From assembly GCA_963575745.1 (NCBI GenBank), contig CAUYUJ010000137.1, positions 62,001 through 126,000 of the forward strand: DNA of 64,000 nucleotides, read 5' to 3'. The notes under the pieces are model-generated. The model saw nothing but the letters and a program-made list of their open reading frames with translations. It made no database searches and had not been told where the DNA came from. Position 1 is the stretch's first letter; each line of letters starts with the position of its first letter. Positions 59,544 to 64,000 of this stretch are shown one piece after another. Position numbers and translations under genes: made by a program. This DNA comes from Prorocentrum cordatum. Its lineage: Eukaryota.

Positions 59544-59718
59544 TGACGAACGAACAACACGCACCCATACCGATAGGTGGTAGGTGCGTGTTGTCGGATG
59601 GGGGCCCCCGCTCGTAAGGAAGCGCCCCCCAGAATCCGACAGCCCGCACCCATACCCATAGCCAATCCTCCTCTCACCGTTCCCCCTATGGGTATGGGTG
59701 TGTGTTGTTCGTGCGTCA
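59544..59718. mobile_element. MITE-like element, 175 bp
   Basis: 34-bp terminal inverted repeats (59544-59577 / 59685-59718, 3 mismatches) flanked by a 6-bp direct repeat TCCTCT. Confidence 0.75.
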
Positions 59719-62700
59719 TCCTCTGGGGAAACTGCGCGGCACCAACACCGCTACTCCGTAGACCTCTCCGGGGGTGCGCTGTGGCCAGAATTTCGGGGCG
59801 AATCCAGCGGCGGCCACGGGGGCCGCCCAGGAGGCCCCAAAAAGAGGGAAGACGATGTCGGTGTGGGTACTCTGCTCTCTTCCGATTCTCGCTCTTCTCC
59901 ACGAGCCTCGCGAGTTCTAGCTCCTGGTCCTGCGCGTCCCTCCAACCCGGTGGCGTCTCCCCACAGGCGATACGCCGCTCATCGGCCCGCCCAGGATATC
60001 CGTTCTCATCCTCCTCGTTCTCCTTACACGACGAGGTGGATCGGCGGCGAGCGAGGAAAGGGCCCGAGAAGAAAAAGTCCTGGGCCATGGTTTGAAAGCA
60101 ATTCACGGAAGCCCTATGGCGCCCACTAGTGCGCCCAATCGACGCCAAAAAGTCGCCATGTGAGCGCTCTTCGACGCAATTTGGCGCCAGTGAGCGCTAT
60201 CGGAAACAATTCGCAAATACACCTTCAATCCAAAACGAGCGGAAACCTCAGTGATTAATTACCTAACAATGGGGCTTCCCACAGGACCAGCTTCTCATCC
60301 CGAGCCGATCAGCGAGGGCTCAGGGGCCTGGAGAAGGCCCCAGGAGACCGAAAACGGGGAAACCTGTGGAAGCCCTTCCATCAGGACCCCCTTCATCAGC
60401 ATCAATTAACAAATGGCCATCCACATCCGATAAACGTTTCCCTGCTAGCCCAACTACCTTCCAAATGGGGGGATCCGTTTCAGTCGGGTTCTGTGACATG
60501 CATCCCCACCAAGAGGCGGCAAGCTGGTGGCGTTGAAGAACCATGGCTGCCTGCTGACTGGGAGAGGTATACCCGCATACCGATCCTAATTCCTTCGTGC
60601 TGAACGGAGGAGAAGCAACAAAGAGAACGTGGACAGTCTAACCCCTGATGCAAACTGAGGCCCCCTCCCAAACGGGAACATTGGTGAATCAGGCCCATGC
60701 CCGCACAGAGAACTGCAGCTGTGGGTCAGATATCCTCCATGAGTCCACTGAAGGAAGAACGAGCGGCAAAAACATAAACTTGCGACGGTCCGCGCGGATG
60801 TCTTGCATCTGCGTGGGGCCCCCACTCTCCGGCGCGCTGAGCGCGCCAGGGGCAGCGCCAGAGGCGCCGCCGCGCGGGGCGCTAGCGCAGACCCAAGAAA
60901 TACGCGCGGACCGTCGCAAATCGTCTGCCGTATGTGTATAGCATGCTTTAATATTCGTCTTGGATCCTCTGCATGTATTCGGAGGCAACTCCTGGGGGGT
61001 CTTCTTTGGAACGATGAGGGGCGATTATGAAGCCCGGCAGAGGGCCAGTTCACCGGAAAATGCCAGATTGAGTCCAGAAGTAAGCTGCAAGCCGGTGATC
61101 GACCGCGAGGTTGCCAGCGCCAACACAGAATTCAGCCTCCCAGGAGTTGGATCCTCTCCAGGTCGACCTTTCAATGCCCCTGGTTAGCGATGTCCTGGTT
61201 AATAGGGGCGCAGCCGAGTTCAGAGAGGGGCCGCTGTCCGGATGGCCCGCGACGGCGCCGCTTGGAGCATTGCCCGCGCCCGCGCGGTTGAGAGGCTGCT
61301 GCTCGCGAGGCGAAAGACGGCAGGGAAGAGGCGCGGGAGGGGCCAGCGTTGGGTGACAACTCATGGGAGCCTCCCGCCGCTGACCGACGCAAATCGATGC
61401 TGATCGGCGCTGTTTATTCGAATGCCCAACGCTGGCGCACACTGCTGCACGCAAGAAACGGAAGTACGACGAAGGCTGATGGGCAACGATAAGGGGGGAC
61501 TGGCCCAGGAGGGGAATTATCGACCTGGAATCAGTGGCACGTCGCCGACCATTACCCGACAGGCCCCTGAGAGCCAAACCGCCTGCTCCTGGGCGGGGTG
61601 GGCTATCGGGGCCGTGCCGGTCGCAACTCCCATCCCCTCTCTGAGCCTGCCCCCCCTCCCACCGCTGCCCCTGAAGCCTGAACAGGCGTGGGAGCGGCCA
61701 GCAAAAAGGCCCGTCGGCACCTCCTCCTCCTCCTCCTCCTCCTCCTCCTCCTAATCGGGAAATCGGATCGCACCGACGTGTGCGCCGGATGGGGCCGCGT
61801 CGGCACGGCGTCGGGTTGGCCGCGCCAGGACGCACAGTGGCTCCCATGCAAACCTCGGGGTCGAACCGGACCGGCCGAAACCGAGATTGGATACTATCGG
61901 TCGGACCGGTGTGGGACCTGCGATCGGACCGGTATGGGCCCTGAGATGGTGTTGATGCTGCAGATGGTGACGCCCATCATCACAAAAACGGCGGAAGCTG
62001 GCAAAATCCGTCCTCCCACTGCTAGTGGGAGGGTTGATCACCGTCTCATATCTATGTACACCCCCTTTCCCCAAGCGACCGGCGGCCAACCAGTCGAGAA
62101 CCCATGCAAAACGCACTCTGCTTCAAATTCAGAGCATGCGCAACCAACCCGATGCGGCCCCCCCCCCGCCCCCCACCCCCCACCATCCCTGTTAAAAAAC
62201 AATGCAAACGACACTTCGGGGCAAGGACTTGTTGAGTCACTCTCGTGAGGCCCGCGAACACTTCGTCTTGTTTTTATTCCCGGGCGGCGGGGGGGTCAGC
62301 ATAATGCCTGCTCTGCGCGGGGCTACCGCCCGTGAAAAACGTAATACCAAAAGCACCCCGCGGCAAAATCGGGAAAAATGCGCGGCCGCCCCGCGATCAC
62401 AGCCAAGTTGTTCTTGACAGGGACGGCCTGGGTGGTGGCGTATGGCCCGCTGTGCGCAGGCCCACCAGACACAGACACAGTTTTATCAGCGCGAAGGAGC
62501 CCCTGTGGCACGGAGGGAAGGGAAGGGAGGCGGAGGGCGGGAATGGGCGGGGGGCCAGGGATGGCGCGCGCCCGAGCGCGACGCCCCGAATTCACTACTT
62601 AATCGGGCCCCCCAGGCCGCTCGGCCAGGCGCAAAACGCAGAACGACCCGTCGCTCGGCGTCGGTGCCCCCTGCGCACGCCGCCGGGAGCAACATGAGCG

Positions 62701-63624
62701 CGGCTGCCCGCGGCGGGGGGTCTGGGACGCGCCCGCCACGAAATCAGCTCGCGAGGCGGTCCCACCGCGGGGCCCAACAACCGCAGCGCAGGCAGGCGAC
62801 CCAGCGGGGCCCCTGCGAGGCCACGAGCGCGCGCCACGCGCCACGGGCGAACAGCGCCTGGCCTCTGCGGCCCCTCCCCTCCTCTGGCAGGGAGGCGAAG
62901 GCAGGGCCCCCTTCGGGGCCGCTGGCACGGACAGCCCCAGTTGCTCCGGAGGCGCAGAGAGAAAACCCCGGCGCGGCGCGCCCGTTCCCGGGCTCGAGCC
63001 GCGGCGCGGGAGCCGCGGCACGGCCTTGGCGGCGGGGGTCCGCAGCGGCGGCCACGGCGGCGGTCACGACGGCCGCATCATCCGCCGCCTGGGGATTCCG
63101 CCTCCCTGCCCCTCTCGGGGGCGCGGCCGCCGCTGCCGTGGGCAGGCCCACCAGACACGATGATGGGCATTGGCTTTCGACAAGGACGGTCGGGGCCGAC
63201 ATGTTTCCCGATGTGTGCTGTCACGTGCGCAAGCGCACTTGACACACTCTGCACGTGCCCCGAACGTGGCGCATCTGGCGCGGCTAGAGTATGCGGCGCA
63301 CCTGGCGCACGCGGAGGCACGTGGCGCATCTGGCGCACCAGGAGTGCCTGGCACGCTCGGGCCCCAGGTTTGCCTGGCGCGCGTGGCGCGCCTGGCACGC
63401 GTGCGCACCTCGCCCAGCGTCGCACACATGGGCTCGGTTTGAGTTCCCAGTAGCTGCGCATCCAAAGACGACCGCTGAACATGGTGAGGCTCGGGTGGCA
63501 CATATGTGTTGTGAAGGCGGGTGGGAATGAGCTAGACGGCTTACTATCTGGAGGGTGGCTTGACCCCTCCCCCTTAACTCCTCCCCTGGGCCAACAAAAA
63601 GCGGTTGCCGCGACCCGCCGGAAA

Positions 63625-64000
63625 GTCCAAGATGGCCCAGGATGGCTCTAAGAGGGCCTCAGAGAGCTCAAGATGGCCTCCACGATGGTCCAAGACACGT
63701 CAAGATGGATCGAGATAGACTCCGACAGATGCCCAAGAGGCACCACGACAGCCCCAAGGCGGTTCCAAGTGCCCTTCGAACCGCCCAAGGAAGCCTCACT
63801 GATACCCAAATCCTTCAAACACTGAGTGCAACAGGACATCAATATTGTCTGCGTTTTCGCCTGTTCGCTTCCGATTGGCATCGCAGGCCTCAAAATGGCC
63901 CCTACATGGCCCAAGTGAGCCCCAAGAGGTGCCCAAAAGGGACCCCCAGAGGGCCCCAAGCAAGCCCAAAAGCGCCCCAAGACCGGCTCGAGAAGGCCCC
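63625..64000. repeat. CCAAGA-type interspersed repeat (continues past the edge)
   Basis: Same motif vocabulary as 55320-56680. Confidence 0.6.

Noticed and set aside
57000..63600. Assorted 60-280 aa ORFs
   Set aside because: No recognisable motifs, overlapping in several frames, consistent with GC-rich non-coding or decayed repeats.

Overview
GC-rich, repeat-dense eukaryotic genomic DNA, most likely from a dinoflagellate. The evidence is degenerate dinoflagellate spliced-leader relics, a dinoflagellate-style PPR fragment and long (CCT)n/(AG)n/(AT)n tracts. The dominant feature is a complete but decayed giant (~17.9 kb) Ty1/Copia LTR retrotransposon on the minus strand (16903-34812). It has 196-bp LTRs differing at 5 positions, a GAGAG target-site duplication, a Ty5/copia-type half-tRNA PBS, a PPT, and gag(CCCH)-PR-IN-RT-RNase H. 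Between RNase H and the 3' LTR lies an extra ~7.7-kb cargo ORF (~2,560 codons once one stop and two frameshifts are repaired). This ORF encodes an SGNH-hydrolase-like region, a complete Tpt1/KptA-type (NAD+-dependent RNA 2'-phosphotransferase) domain, a C4 zinc finger and unknown domains, and is followed by a hairpin-rich 3' UTR. The flanks contain a DDE-transposase-like pseudogene, several spliced-leader-headed degenerate minus-strand units with a covarying mini-hairpin motif, a small MITE, a minisatellite and simple repeats. No intact host gene, rRNA, tRNA or CRISPR array could be supported. All domain calls are by eye from motifs; no searches were run.
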